This document shows positions 17,904 through 27,679 of a DNA stretch of 64,000 bases, one piece after another. The position numbers and the translations under genes were made by a program. Numbering within the stretch: position 1 is the first letter of the stretch; every line of letters starts with the position of its first letter. The notes beneath the pieces are model-generated. The model was not told the DNA's origin and did no database searches. It saw nothing but the letters and a program-made list of their open reading frames with translations. The stretch is taken from positions 6,645 to 70,644 of the forward strand of contig JAGVZY010000010.1 in assembly GCA_018302225.1 (NCBI GenBank), in the 5' to 3' direction. Source of the DNA: Candidatus Woesearchaeota archaeon. GTDB taxonomy: Archaea > Nanobdellota > Nanobdellia > SCGC-AAA011-G17 > JAGVZY01.

Positions 17904-19748
17904 CTATCCAAACAATTTTTTGAAAAAATTTATCATCTGTTTAATCAAACTTGAACCAATACATTTCTCATCTACACAAACATTTGTTTTACATTCAAAA
18001 TTATTTTCACATGTAATCTCTTCTACTTTTTGCTCTTTGAAATTTCCTTCATCAGAACAAAACTTTTCATTTTTCCTATAACCAAAAGGATAACATTTTT
18101 CATCTAAAGGACAACTATCTTTACACATCAAGATATTTTCTGGTTGCTGAAGAGGCATTTTTTCTTCTATTGGTGTTTCATATTGGGGTTCTTGAAAAGG
18201 CATTGTTTGAATAGGTTGTATAGTTGGTTGTGGGGGTTGTGGATTGTTTTCATAAATGTTCGAATTTTCATCTAAGTAACATTCTTTTGAAACACTAAAT
18301 GAATTTACGCCACATTTAGTTATTTGAGAATTTTCATCTGTATAACAATGAGCATTGCAACTTACTGACGCAATTTTTTGCCATTCTTCAGAAGTTTTAC
18401 ATGATAAAATTGTTCCTGCCTCAGAAATAGCTGCTGAGCTTTCAGTATTATCATAACATTTCCAAGAAGCATATTTAAATCCTTTTCCTTTAATTTGATC
18501 TTCAGTTACTTCAGAAGAAGGAATACACATAAAATCTATATCTTCGTTATTGCCATCTATTATTGTAGACGCGTAATTACCACAACTACTTTTCCAATTA
18601 AGTTTTGTTCCCCTTTCTCCAGTAATCAACGCAATACAATATCCTTGCTTTACTGTTTCTCCATTTATTTGTTTGGACATAACATTTCCAGTCCATTGAC
18701 ACGCATATTTTTTGTCATCAGTAGTATAACAAGATTCTGTTGAAGTATGGGGATTTATAAGCACATTAGAATTTATAAAACCGCATTTTACTTGTTCAGT
18801 TATTAATTTTTGGGGTGATTGAATAGGTTGGCTAGGATAAGTTTGAGAAGGTGGTTGTGCAAGCTGAGGTATACCTTGAATAGGTTGGGCTTGTTGCGTA
18901 GAACAGTCAAATTTGATTTCTTTATTTGAACCAGTAATAACCGTTTTTGTATAACCACCACAACTACTTTGCCAACTTATTGGTGCTTCTTGAGTACCTG
19001 AAATATCCATTGTACAACTATTTATTCCATAACAACTAAAAAAAGGTCCAGATGTTGTATAACATTTTTGTAATGAATTAGAATTGCTAAATATACAAGT
19101 AATTTGTTCTTTTAAATAAGATTGTATTGGCACAGGTGTTGACTGCAATAAACAATCAAATTTTATTTCTTTAAATGCGCCATCAATTAGGGTAGTTGAA
19201 TAGCCATTACAAGAACTTTTCCATGCCACCTGCATACCTTGTGCTCCTGAAATTTCTAATTTACAACTTCCAATTCCTTCGCAACTATTTCCAAGACTAG
19301 AGTAACATTTTTGAGGTAAATTTGAATTTGTGAATACACATCTTACAATTTCAGCTTTTGTTTCTGAAGGTTCTAATGGTGGAATAGGTGTTGGTTGTGT
19401 TAAAGTGGGAGGTTGTTGTATAAGTATTGGGTTAAGTGTAGGACATTCGAATTTGATTTCTTCATTATTTCCATCTAAAGTTGTAGAAGCATAACTACCA
19501 CAGGAACTTTTCCAAGTTATTTGTGTTCCTCTTGCTCCCGAAATTGTTGTTGTACAACTATTAGTTCCCTTACAAGGAGTTCCAATATTAGGATAACATG
19601 CTTGTGCTAGATCTGTATTTGTAAAAATACAAGTGACACTCTCTTTTACTTCTTCTAATACTGGTTGTTGAGTTTCTTCTTGTGCAAAACTGAAATTAGA
19701 TAAAACTAGGCATATTCCAATAATTAGAAAAAGTTTGTTTTTTAGCAT
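17904..19748 (-). CDS. Secreted cysteine-rich protein with four about 70-90-aa internal repeats and P/Q-rich linkers
   Basis: Signal peptide MLKNKLFLIIGICLVLSNFSFA. Repeats follow V.C.F.NS...CY...C.G..SC...ISG..G....WKSSCG.Y..T...G...EI.F.C. Confidence 0.8.
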   Translation of the reverse strand: MLKNKLFLIIGICLVLSNFSFAQEETQQPVLEEVKESVTCIFTNTDLAQACYPNIGTPCKGTNSCTTTISGARGTQITWKSSCGSYASTTLDGNNEEIKFECPTLNPILIQQPPTLTQPTPIPPLEPSETKAEIVRCVFTNSNLPQKCYSSLGNSCEGIGSCKLEISGAQGMQVAWKSSCNGYSTTLIDGAFKEIKFDCLLQSTPVPIQSYLKEQITCIFSNSNSLQKCYTTSGPFFSCYGINSCTMDISGTQEAPISWQSSCGGYTKTVITGSNKEIKFDCSTQQAQPIQGIPQLAQPPSQTYPSQPIQSPQKLITEQVKCGFINSNVLINPHTSTESCYTTDDKKYACQWTGNVMSKQINGETVKQGYCIALITGERGTKLNWKSSCGNYASTIIDGNNEDIDFMCIPSSEVTEDQIKGKGFKYASWKCYDNTESSAAISEAGTILSCKTSEEWQKIASVSCNAHCYTDENSQITKCGVNSFSVSKECYLDENSNIYENNPQPPQPTIQPIQTMPFQEPQYETPIEEKMPLQQPENILMCKDSCPLDEKCYPFGYRKNEKFCSDEGNFKEQKVEEITCENNFECKTNVCVDEKCIGSSLIKQMINFFKKLFG

Positions 19749-19815
19749 ATAATTCTCTTTTTTTGATAAAATATTTGGCAGCTTATAAACTTATCTTGAT
19801 TGTCTAAAATTACCT

Positions 19816-20838
19816 TTATTCAGAAGCAAAAGCACTCATTATATCTGACTCAAATTTACCATTCTTAAATTCACCATAATACATTCTATATCCTTTATCT
19901 GTTTTTATAACATCGGGATCAGTAATCAATCCACCAAGTGTGCTTGACTCAATTATTTTATTTTCATTAATTACAAAATTAATTCCATCAATTGAATCTG
20001 CACTCATCATCCATTGCTCGCCAAATCCAAACTCATCTTCAAAAGTTGTAAAAAATAATTTATACATATTGTCGTCTAATAGCAAAATATCTAAATCTAT
20101 TGCAACCTTTCTAAGTTTCAAATCTACTTCTTTTGTCCAAGTTAATCCTTCATCATTAGATAAAGCAATTGCAGAAGTTGCTCCTCTTGTATAATACATT
20201 CTCAGTCTATTATCTGGAAGCCTTATTATATCAGGAACAGAAGTAAATACTTCCCCCGGCTTTCCATCCCCATAATCCCAAAATCTTACTCCTTCCTCTT
20301 TAAACCATTTCTCACCATCAAATGAAATTGCGCTATAAAGTTTTCTATCCATTTGATATCTATGGTCCCTTTCGTCCTCAGCCCACAGACTACCTTCATA
20401 AATCATTCTATAGCTCTTATCTAACAACTGAAAAACTGTAGGATTTGTAACCATTTCCTGCTCAGAATCAACAGGTCCATTCTCAATTATTCTTCCTTTT
20501 TTTATAAAATTTAAACCATCTTCAGAAACGGCTAATTCAATTCCATTTCCAGTATAATACATTAAATATTTATTATCTTTAATTATTATAGAAGAACTAA
20601 CTCCCTGAGTAATTACTTTTTTTTCTTTTGTCCAATTTATGAACTTATTTTTAACTTGCGAGGTATTATTAGTTTCATTTATTATACCATTTTTATTTGT
20701 TACATTTTCTTTAATTTCTCCTTTTGTTCCTAAGTCATTAACATTAAGTTTTTCAATAGGTTTACTAATACATCCGCCAATAAAAAGAGCTATAATTATT
20801 ATACATATAAGAAATGTTTGATTTTTTATATTTTTCAT
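19816..20838 (-). CDS. Lipoprotein, beta-propeller glycoside-hydrolase-like (GH32/43/130-type blades)
   Basis: Lipobox-like FIGGC after the signal. Repeated blade motifs YLMYYTG, YRMIYEG, LRMYYTRG...SNDEGLTW, YKLFFTT, YRMYYGE. ATGA overlap with the alaS stop. Confidence 0.5.
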   Translation of the reverse strand: MKNIKNQTFLICIIIIALFIGGCISKPIEKLNVNDLGTKGEIKENVTNKNGIINETNNTSQVKNKFINWTKEKKVITQGVSSSIIIKDNKYLMYYTGNGIELAVSEDGLNFIKKGRIIENGPVDSEQEMVTNPTVFQLLDKSYRMIYEGSLWAEDERDHRYQMDRKLYSAISFDGEKWFKEEGVRFWDYGDGKPGEVFTSVPDIIRLPDNRLRMYYTRGATSAIALSNDEGLTWTKEVDLKLRKVAIDLDILLLDDNMYKLFFTTFEDEFGFGEQWMMSADSIDGINFVINENKIIESSTLGGLITDPDVIKTDKGYRMYYGEFKNGKFESDIMSAFASE

Positions 20839-22712
20839 TCTAACACAGCTTTTATCCTTCTTACTCCAGCTGAAGAAGACTCTTCTTTTAGAATCTTAAA
20901 CTTTCCAAGCTCAGAAGTATTAGTAGCATGGGGCCCCGCACAAATCTCTTTTGAAAAATCTCCAACAAAATAAACAGAAACTTTTTCTCCATATTTATTC
21001 TCAAATACATCTTGTGCACCCTTCTTTTTGGCATCCTCAACAGTCATTTCTTCACGTTTAACTTCTAAATTCTCAGAGATTATTTCATTAACTCTATCTT
21101 CAACTTTCTTAATTTCTTTATTAGTCATTTTCCTATCAAAATTAAAATCAAATCTTAATCTTTCAGGAGTAATATTAGAACCTTTCTGTTGAATATTCTT
21201 ATCTAAAATCTCACGCAAAGCTTGCGCCAATATATGTGTTGCTGTATGAAGTTTAGTTGTTGTTTCAGAATTATCTGCCAAACCAGATTTAAAAGTTCCA
21301 ATATGCTGTCTTGATAATTCTTGATGCTCTTTAAATTTAACTTCATATTCTTGTTTATTAACAATTAAATTTTTCTCTTTAGCCAAATCTAAAGTTAATT
21401 CAATTGGGAAACCATAAGATTGGAATAATAAAAATGCTTCTTCTCCAGTTATTACATTATCTTTCTTCTTAGAAATTATTTTCTCAAACTCCTTTAAACC
21501 TTGCTCTAAAGTTAAATTAAACCTTTCTTCTTCTAATCTTAATTCTTTTAATATATGTTCTCTTTTAGTATTTAACAAAGGATAATCATCTTTATAGATT
21601 TTAATTATAATCTCAGAAATCAAAGGTGTAAACTTTTTCACATTAATTTCTCTTGCATTTACAATAGCTCTTCTTATTAATCTTCTAACAACGTAACCTT
21701 GTCCAACATTTGAAGGTACTGCCCCAATTTCATCACCTAATATAAAAGTCGCAGCTTTTAAATGATCTGCAATTATTCTCATTTCTTTTGTAATTTCTTT
21801 TAATTTTGAAAGTTCTTTTAATTTTAAAATTATTGGAACAAATACCTCAGTTTCATACACTGAATTTTTACCTTGCAACATAGCAATAGTTCTCTCAACA
21901 CCCATCCCAGTATCAACATTATGAATTTTCATCTTTTTATAAGAACCCGCTTTTTGTTTATTAAACTCCATAAATACATCATTCCAGATTTCAAAGTATT
22001 TTCCACATCTACATCCAGGTTTACAATCAGAAGAACATTTTTCTTTTCCAGTATCTATGAACATTTCAGTGCATGGACCACATGGACCAGTTTCACCTGC
22101 AGGACCCCACCAATTATCTTCTTTAGACAAGAAATAAATATTCTCTTTTTTAATTCCTAATTCTTCCCAAACCTTAGCAGTCTCTACATCTCTTGGAGCA
22201 TCTGAATCTCCTTCAAACACAGTAACAAAAATTTTATCTCTACTAAATCCCAAAACTTTTGTTAAAAATTCAAAACTATATTTTATTGCTTCTTTCTTAA
22301 AATAGTCATTCAAAGACCAATTTCCAAGCATCTCAAAGAAAGTTAAGTGAGAATTATCACCAACCAAATCTATATCCCCTGTTCTTATACACTTTTGAAC
22401 ATCAACTAATCTTTTGCCCATCGGATGTTCTTGTCCTAATAAATAAGGTACTAAAGGATGCATACCTGCAGTTGTAAACAATACAGTAGGATCATTCTGA
22501 GGAATTATAGGTGCAGAACTTATAGTTTTATGAGCCTTAGAATTAAAGAATTCTATATATTCTTTTTTAAGCTCTTTTGCAGGCATCTCACGCATATTAA
22601 ATCTTATAGGTAATAATTTTTTAAAGGTTTCTATATCTTCTAAAACTGCATCTCTAAATTTAATTTTAGTTTTCTTAGATTTTTCTTTAACTCTCTCTTT
22701 TGCTAATTTCAT
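20835..22712 (-). CDS. alaS: Alanyl-tRNA synthetase, bacterial-type, lacking the C-Ala domain
   Basis: NDPTVLFTTAGMHPLVPYLLG, QKCIRTGDID, FFEMLGNWS. Editing-domain motifs TATHILAQAL and CAGPHATN. Only 625 aa. ATG 22595 is an alternative start. Confidence 0.9.
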   Translation of the reverse strand: MKLAKERVKEKSKKTKIKFRDAVLEDIETFKKLLPIRFNMREMPAKELKKEYIEFFNSKAHKTISSAPIIPQNDPTVLFTTAGMHPLVPYLLGQEHPMGKRLVDVQKCIRTGDIDLVGDNSHLTFFEMLGNWSLNDYFKKEAIKYSFEFLTKVLGFSRDKIFVTVFEGDSDAPRDVETAKVWEELGIKKENIYFLSKEDNWWGPAGETGPCGPCTEMFIDTGKEKCSSDCKPGCRCGKYFEIWNDVFMEFNKQKAGSYKKMKIHNVDTGMGVERTIAMLQGKNSVYETEVFVPIILKLKELSKLKEITKEMRIIADHLKAATFILGDEIGAVPSNVGQGYVVRRLIRRAIVNAREINVKKFTPLISEIIIKIYKDDYPLLNTKREHILKELRLEEERFNLTLEQGLKEFEKIISKKKDNVITGEEAFLLFQSYGFPIELTLDLAKEKNLIVNKQEYEVKFKEHQELSRQHIGTFKSGLADNSETTTKLHTATHILAQALREILDKNIQQKGSNITPERLRFDFNFDRKMTNKEIKKVEDRVNEIISENLEVKREEMTVEDAKKKGAQDVFENKYGEKVSVYFVGDFSKEICAGPHATNTSELGKFKILKEESSSAGVRRIKAVLE

Positions 22713-22760
22713 TAAACTATAAAAATCTTATTTTATTTATAAATTTGTTGCCCAGAAAGC

Positions 22761-23315
22761 CTATAACCGCTTAATAATACTATAAAACTCTTTAAAATTC
22801 TCATCATTCTGTTTCTTTTGATATTCTTTCAAAGCATTCAACACTTTTCCACCACAATTCAAATGTATTTGTATAAAATGATAAAATTGTGAAACATTCT
22901 TAGGATTTTCAGTTGCTCTACATCTCTCAAAATCTAGTAAAGTTACTTTATATCCAAATAACTTCCACTTAATAATCGCATGTTTCAAAGGAGAATGCAT
23001 TTCAAATTTATTCACTTTTAATTTATCTAAAATTCTACACGGTTTTAAAATCTCTAAAATAACTTTTTTAAGTTCTTTTTTATCATAATTTTTCAAAAAA
23101 TCTTTTAACAATATACCTTTAATATATTCCATCCTAAACCAATTATCACCAGATTCTAACAAATTGGGGCCAATATTAAATTTGTTTAATCTCTTTAACC
23201 AAAAAATCTCAGTATTAATAGTATTAATTGCAAAAGTCTTAGGGTTAGTTTTTTTAATCAAAGTTTTCCCATCTAAATAGATTAAACCTCTTTTTCCCCT
23301 TGCTAAAAGTTTCAT
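22761..23315 (-). CDS. Small RIO/Bud32-like putative protein kinase (COG2112-like)
   Basis: LARGKRGLIYLDGKTLIKK..., MEYIKGILLKDFL, SPLKHAII....VTLLDFERC...NPKNVSQF. Confidence 0.55.
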   Translation of the reverse strand: MKLLARGKRGLIYLDGKTLIKKTNPKTFAINTINTEIFWLKRLNKFNIGPNLLESGDNWFRMEYIKGILLKDFLKNYDKKELKKVILEILKPCRILDKLKVNKFEMHSPLKHAIIKWKLFGYKVTLLDFERCRATENPKNVSQFYHFIQIHLNCGGKVLNALKEYQKKQNDENFKEFYSIIKRL

Positions 23316-23383
23316 AAACCTAAAAAGAGGGAAATATTTATAAATATAGTATCCAGTTTTAATATTTAGAGGTGGTTTAAAGC

Positions 23384-25090
23384 TTGCTAAAAAAATTTCC
23401 AGTAATAATTATGTTTTTTCTGTTTTTAAATATATATTTTGCTAGTGCTTTAGATGAAGATCTTGAAACCCCAGAATTAAAAATACCCTTAATAACACAT
23501 GAAGCAGTAGACTCAAATAAAATTATAGACTGGCTTATTTCAAAACAAAAAGCAGATATGGACTGGGGAAATGACTTTGATAATTCATTAGCAATCATAG
23601 TTCTAACTGGTTTAAATCATAATCCTACAAAAATTCAAATCACAACAAACTTATTAAAAAAGAATATTGATGAAGCAGGATGTTGGCCCAAAGGACAATG
23701 TTTAATAAAAGACACGGCTTTTGCAATGCAAGCTTTAAGACGTGTTGATCCCTCAGGAACCGAAACCAAAAAAGCTGCTGATTGGTTAAAAACAAATGTT
23801 CTCACAGATTATAGCGCAGGCAATTGGAATCTTCAACTATCAGAATTAAATCAAAATGATTATAACAAAAATTGTTATATTTTATTAGATTCTCAGAAAC
23901 AAAAAACAATTCCAATATTTCCTGATGGAAAAGATCCTTGGACAAACCTTCAAGAATATACTACTCAAAACCAATTAAAATTAAAAGCAGATTGCTCAGA
24001 ATTAAAATCCACACCAATCATCTCTACAATCCTTGATTCTGGAAATAATGTTTATTATTTAATAAAACAAGAAACAACTAAATCTTATGATATTAAATTA
24101 GGTAGTGAATGTCTTCCAGAAGCATATGGCTATGCCAATTGTGATGTAGATAGTACTGCAATTGCACTTATACTCTTAAGTCAAACTAAATTTTTAAAAG
24201 ATCAATCGATGTTAGCCTGGCTAACTCAACAATCACAAACCCCCCTTTCATCAGCCGTATTATACAGTTTAACTACAGACGAAAAATATAATTCTCAATT
24301 ACTTAATTTACAAGATAATGCGGGCACATTTGGAAGTATGTATTCTGATGCAATAATCTATGGCACTTACAAAGATGCTTATATAATTAATCTTAATCTA
24401 ACTTTGGACGCAATTAATAATCAATATGACAAATCAAATTATTGTTGGCCAAAAGGAAATTGCAATGTTCAAGACACTTTATTGGCACTATATTCTGGAG
24501 CAATAACTCAAAAAATAAATCCAGCTTATGTAGAAAGTGCTAATGAAATAAATGGAAGTAAAAAAAGTATTCAAAAAGATGAAGAAGTAAATTATGAGTG
24601 TATTTTAGACTCAGAATGTACAAAAAAATTCGGAAAGAATTATAAATGTGATAAAGAATTATATGAGTGTGTATTAAGCTCATCTGAAGATAAAACAACA
24701 AAAAAGGATGGTTATTCTACATCTGAAGATGATGAGGACTTCGATTCTCCAGATGAACCTGATGAACCAGATATACCCTTTGATAATGAGTCTAATTCAT
24801 GGATAATAATCCTTACAATAATAATAGTTTTACTTGCTGCAAGTGGAGCAGTATATTACTCTTACAAAAAAGGTTTCTTAAAAATAAAGAAAAAATCTTC
24901 TGATGAAAACCCCTTTGGAGATTATTTAAGACAACCAATTGAAAGAAATGACTATGCCCCTTTAAGCAGACAAAGTATACAACAGCCAGTGCAAAGAAGA
25001 CCAGTTCAAAAATCTGCTGAACTCAAAAAATTAGAAGAAGAACTCGAAAAATCAGTAAAAGAAGCTGGAAAAATTGCTGGAAGAAAATGA
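23384..25090 (+). CDS. Surface-anchored protein with prenyltransferase/terpene-cyclase-like alpha/alpha-toroid repeats
   Basis: Signal peptide. Motifs CWPKGQCLIKDTAFAMQAL, CDVDSTAIALILL, CWPKGNCNVQDTLLALYS. Acidic linker, C-terminal TM (WIIILTIIIVLLAASGAVYY) plus charged tail. The start may be ATG 23411. Confidence 0.7.
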   Translation: MLKKFPVIIMFFLFLNIYFASALDEDLETPELKIPLITHEAVDSNKIIDWLISKQKADMDWGNDFDNSLAIIVLTGLNHNPTKIQITTNLLKKNIDEAGCWPKGQCLIKDTAFAMQALRRVDPSGTETKKAADWLKTNVLTDYSAGNWNLQLSELNQNDYNKNCYILLDSQKQKTIPIFPDGKDPWTNLQEYTTQNQLKLKADCSELKSTPIISTILDSGNNVYYLIKQETTKSYDIKLGSECLPEAYGYANCDVDSTAIALILLSQTKFLKDQSMLAWLTQQSQTPLSSAVLYSLTTDEKYNSQLLNLQDNAGTFGSMYSDAIIYGTYKDAYIINLNLTLDAINNQYDKSNYCWPKGNCNVQDTLLALYSGAITQKINPAYVESANEINGSKKSIQKDEEVNYECILDSECTKKFGKNYKCDKELYECVLSSSEDKTTKKDGYSTSEDDEDFDSPDEPDEPDIPFDNESNSWIIILTIIIVLLAASGAVYYSYKKGFLKIKKKSSDENPFGDYLRQPIERNDYAPLSRQSIQQPVQRRPVQKSAELKKLEEELEKSVKEAGKIAGRK

Positions 25091-27228
25091 AAATTTTAAA
25101 GGTATTACTTTGCTTTGTATTTATTTTACTATTCTCTTTTATTGCAAAAGCTACAAATACCTTAAATATTGCTAATTCAGAATATTCTCCAGGAGAAACA
25201 TTACAAATAAATATAAAAACAGATTCTGAAATTATCTCCACACCTCTACCTAAAATATACTATTCAGGCACAAGAATTTATACTTCTTATAGTACCTATA
25301 TAAGAAATAATGAAATTTATTTTCACACCCCATTACCTACTTCACTAGAAAATGGAGAATATACACTAAAAATCTCTAATTTAATTACAAACCAAGAAAA
25401 CTCTTTTAACTCTCTAAATTTAGAAAAGAATTTCACAATTTATTCTATGAATAAGGGTTTTGATTATATTAATAGCAATGACTGTACAAATGTAGAAGAA
25501 TGTTCTTTAGCAATTCTTGCTTTAAATAAAAAATATGACCTAACAAACAAATTACAAAAACTAAACTCTTTCAAAGATGAAAAAGGCTGTTTTCCAAGAG
25601 GTAATTGTAATATCAAAGAAACTTCCTTAGCTCATCTTGCTCATAAAACTACGGGAATCATTCAAAACGATGTTAAAACTTGGTTAGAAGGAGCCATTAA
25701 TTCTTTTTCAGTTGGAGATTTTATTATTGAGATAGAATCTAAAAACCAAGGAAATTGTATAATTGATGGTCAAAGCAAATCAATTTTAATAGGAAATAAT
25801 ACTTTTGATATTACTCCAAAAAATAATTTAATTATAGACTGCTCCCAACTCCAAGACACACCAAATATAAAATTAATACACGGTTATATTTCAAACAAAG
25901 TTTATTTATCTGAAATAAGTTCAAAGACTGCAAACTTTGCGCTAAATAATGATCAATGTTTTGGAAAAAATTACAAAACACAATGTGATTTTGAATCAAC
26001 TGCTTTTGCTTTCTGGGCATTAGGAAAAAGTTCAAATGAATATATTAAAAACAATTATAACAAAAAATCAACACTAGACAATTCATTTAATTTCAAAATT
26101 TCAGGAGATGAAACAAGTAAAAATTGGTTAATTTCAAATTATAACAATGGATATTGGTCTACCAGCACCTTATATCAAGACAATACTCCAAATATTTATG
26201 CTACAAGTTTTGCATATTTATTCTTAAATGATAAAACTTATTATGAAGCTATAAACAAAAAGATTAAAACTCTACAATCAGACGACGGAATGATTGAAAG
26301 TTATAAAAATACTGCCCTAGCGCTATATTCACTTTATTCAAACGAAAAAGTTTCAAGTTCATTATATCTAACACCTTCCATAATTCAATATACACAAGAA
26401 CAAATACAATACAAAATTAACTTATACAACAAAGGAATAAAACCCTTAAAAATAAGCTTAGAATCTAATAATCCTTCTATTGGTTTTAACAAAATAGACT
26501 TAGAAACAGTAAGCAAAAACTCATTTTATATTAATATAAATAACCTAAAACAAGATAGTTCTATAATTGTTAATTATGATAGCAAATCTTATACAGTCCC
26601 TATTTGGGTTGAAAATGTAGTTGAAACTAAAGAAGAACAAATATCTATAATAGAGCCCAAACTAATTATTTTAGAAGACTCTTCTGAAATAAGTTCTATA
26701 AAATTAAGTGATATTGGTGAATCCTACATAAAAGAATTAAAAATACAGAACACGGGGGGAGATGCAAAAAATTTAACATTAAAACTAAATGAAGAGCTTA
26801 GTAAAAGTATAGAATTATCTCCGCCGAATATAGATGAATTAAAATCAGGGGAATCTTTAGATTTAACAATAAAAGTTAATTCTCTAGAAGAAATGAAGGA
26901 TGGAACATTACTTATTATAGGAAACAAAATAACAAATATACCTATAACAATCTTAAAAGAAAATATAAAAGAAGAGATAGAAAAAGAAATAATAGAAGCA
27001 CCTAAAGAAGAGGATGAAGAAGATTTAAAAGAAGAAATAAATCAAACAGTTAAAATCCCTACAAATCAAAATTCTGTAAATAACACTCCCACCACCGGAT
27101 TAAACAAAGAAAATAAAACGAATAATACGCCCGCATTTTTATTATTTTTTATAGTTTTAATATTTGTAGCATTAGTAGGATTAATTTTGTACAAATTTTC
27201 AAATAAAAAACCCAAAGAACAAAATTAA
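25087..27228 (+). CDS. Surface-anchored paralogue with alpha/alpha-toroid repeats plus beta-rich domains
   Basis: Signal peptide. Motifs GCFPRGNCNIKETSLAHLA, QCDFESTAFAFWAL, LQSDDGMIESYKNTALALYSLY. C-terminal TM FLLFFIVLIFVALVGLILY. ATGA overlap with the previous gene. Confidence 0.7.
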   Translation: MKILKVLLCFVFILLFSFIAKATNTLNIANSEYSPGETLQINIKTDSEIISTPLPKIYYSGTRIYTSYSTYIRNNEIYFHTPLPTSLENGEYTLKISNLITNQENSFNSLNLEKNFTIYSMNKGFDYINSNDCTNVEECSLAILALNKKYDLTNKLQKLNSFKDEKGCFPRGNCNIKETSLAHLAHKTTGIIQNDVKTWLEGAINSFSVGDFIIEIESKNQGNCIIDGQSKSILIGNNTFDITPKNNLIIDCSQLQDTPNIKLIHGYISNKVYLSEISSKTANFALNNDQCFGKNYKTQCDFESTAFAFWALGKSSNEYIKNNYNKKSTLDNSFNFKISGDETSKNWLISNYNNGYWSTSTLYQDNTPNIYATSFAYLFLNDKTYYEAINKKIKTLQSDDGMIESYKNTALALYSLYSNEKVSSSLYLTPSIIQYTQEQIQYKINLYNKGIKPLKISLESNNPSIGFNKIDLETVSKNSFYININNLKQDSSIIVNYDSKSYTVPIWVENVVETKEEQISIIEPKLIILEDSSEISSIKLSDIGESYIKELKIQNTGGDAKNLTLKLNEELSKSIELSPPNIDELKSGESLDLTIKVNSLEEMKDGTLLIIGNKITNIPITILKENIKEEIEKEIIEAPKEEDEEDLKEEINQTVKIPTNQNSVNNTPTTGLNKENKTNNTPAFLLFFIVLIFVALVGLILYKFSNKKPKEQN

Positions 27229-27645
27229 TTATTTTTTCTTTTCTAACTGTTGTTTCATCAAAATGTTTTCTGCTTGAAGATTATTAACAATAACATTATA
27301 ATTATGCAATCTTGTAATTAAGTCATTAAGAAAATCAGTTAATTCTTGAGATTTTAATTCCAAACTCTGCGGTTCTAAAATTTCAATTGAACTAGGCATA
27401 AAATCAAAACCTAAACTCATCAAAGTTTCTAATTTTTTAACTTCAATTTCTATCTCTGAAAATGTTGAAAAGAATTTTTCATCGACTTTTACACAATCTG
27501 CAGTTTCTACAGTTTTAACAACTAAAGTATCAGACTCCTTTAATTTAATTATTACTTTATTCATAGTATCCACTACATGCTCTTGAGGAGCACCCATAAT
27601 TTCTACTATAATTCTTGCAATTATCTTGGTTTCTGACATATTCAA
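27229..27645 (-). CDS. Hypothetical protein (138 aa; alpha/beta N-domain plus C-terminal coiled coil)
   Basis: Long ORF with normal composition, last gene of the 31157->27229 minus-strand operon. No family recognised. Confidence 0.5.
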   Translation of the reverse strand: MNMSETKIIARIIVEIMGAPQEHVVDTMNKVIIKLKESDTLVVKTVETADCVKVDEKFFSTFSEIEIEVKKLETLMSLGFDFMPSSIEILEPQSLELKSQELTDFLNDLITRLHNYNVIVNNLQAENILMKQQLEKKK

Positions 27646-27679
27646 AAAGCTGAACTAAAGCTATTTAAAGCTTGTGATT

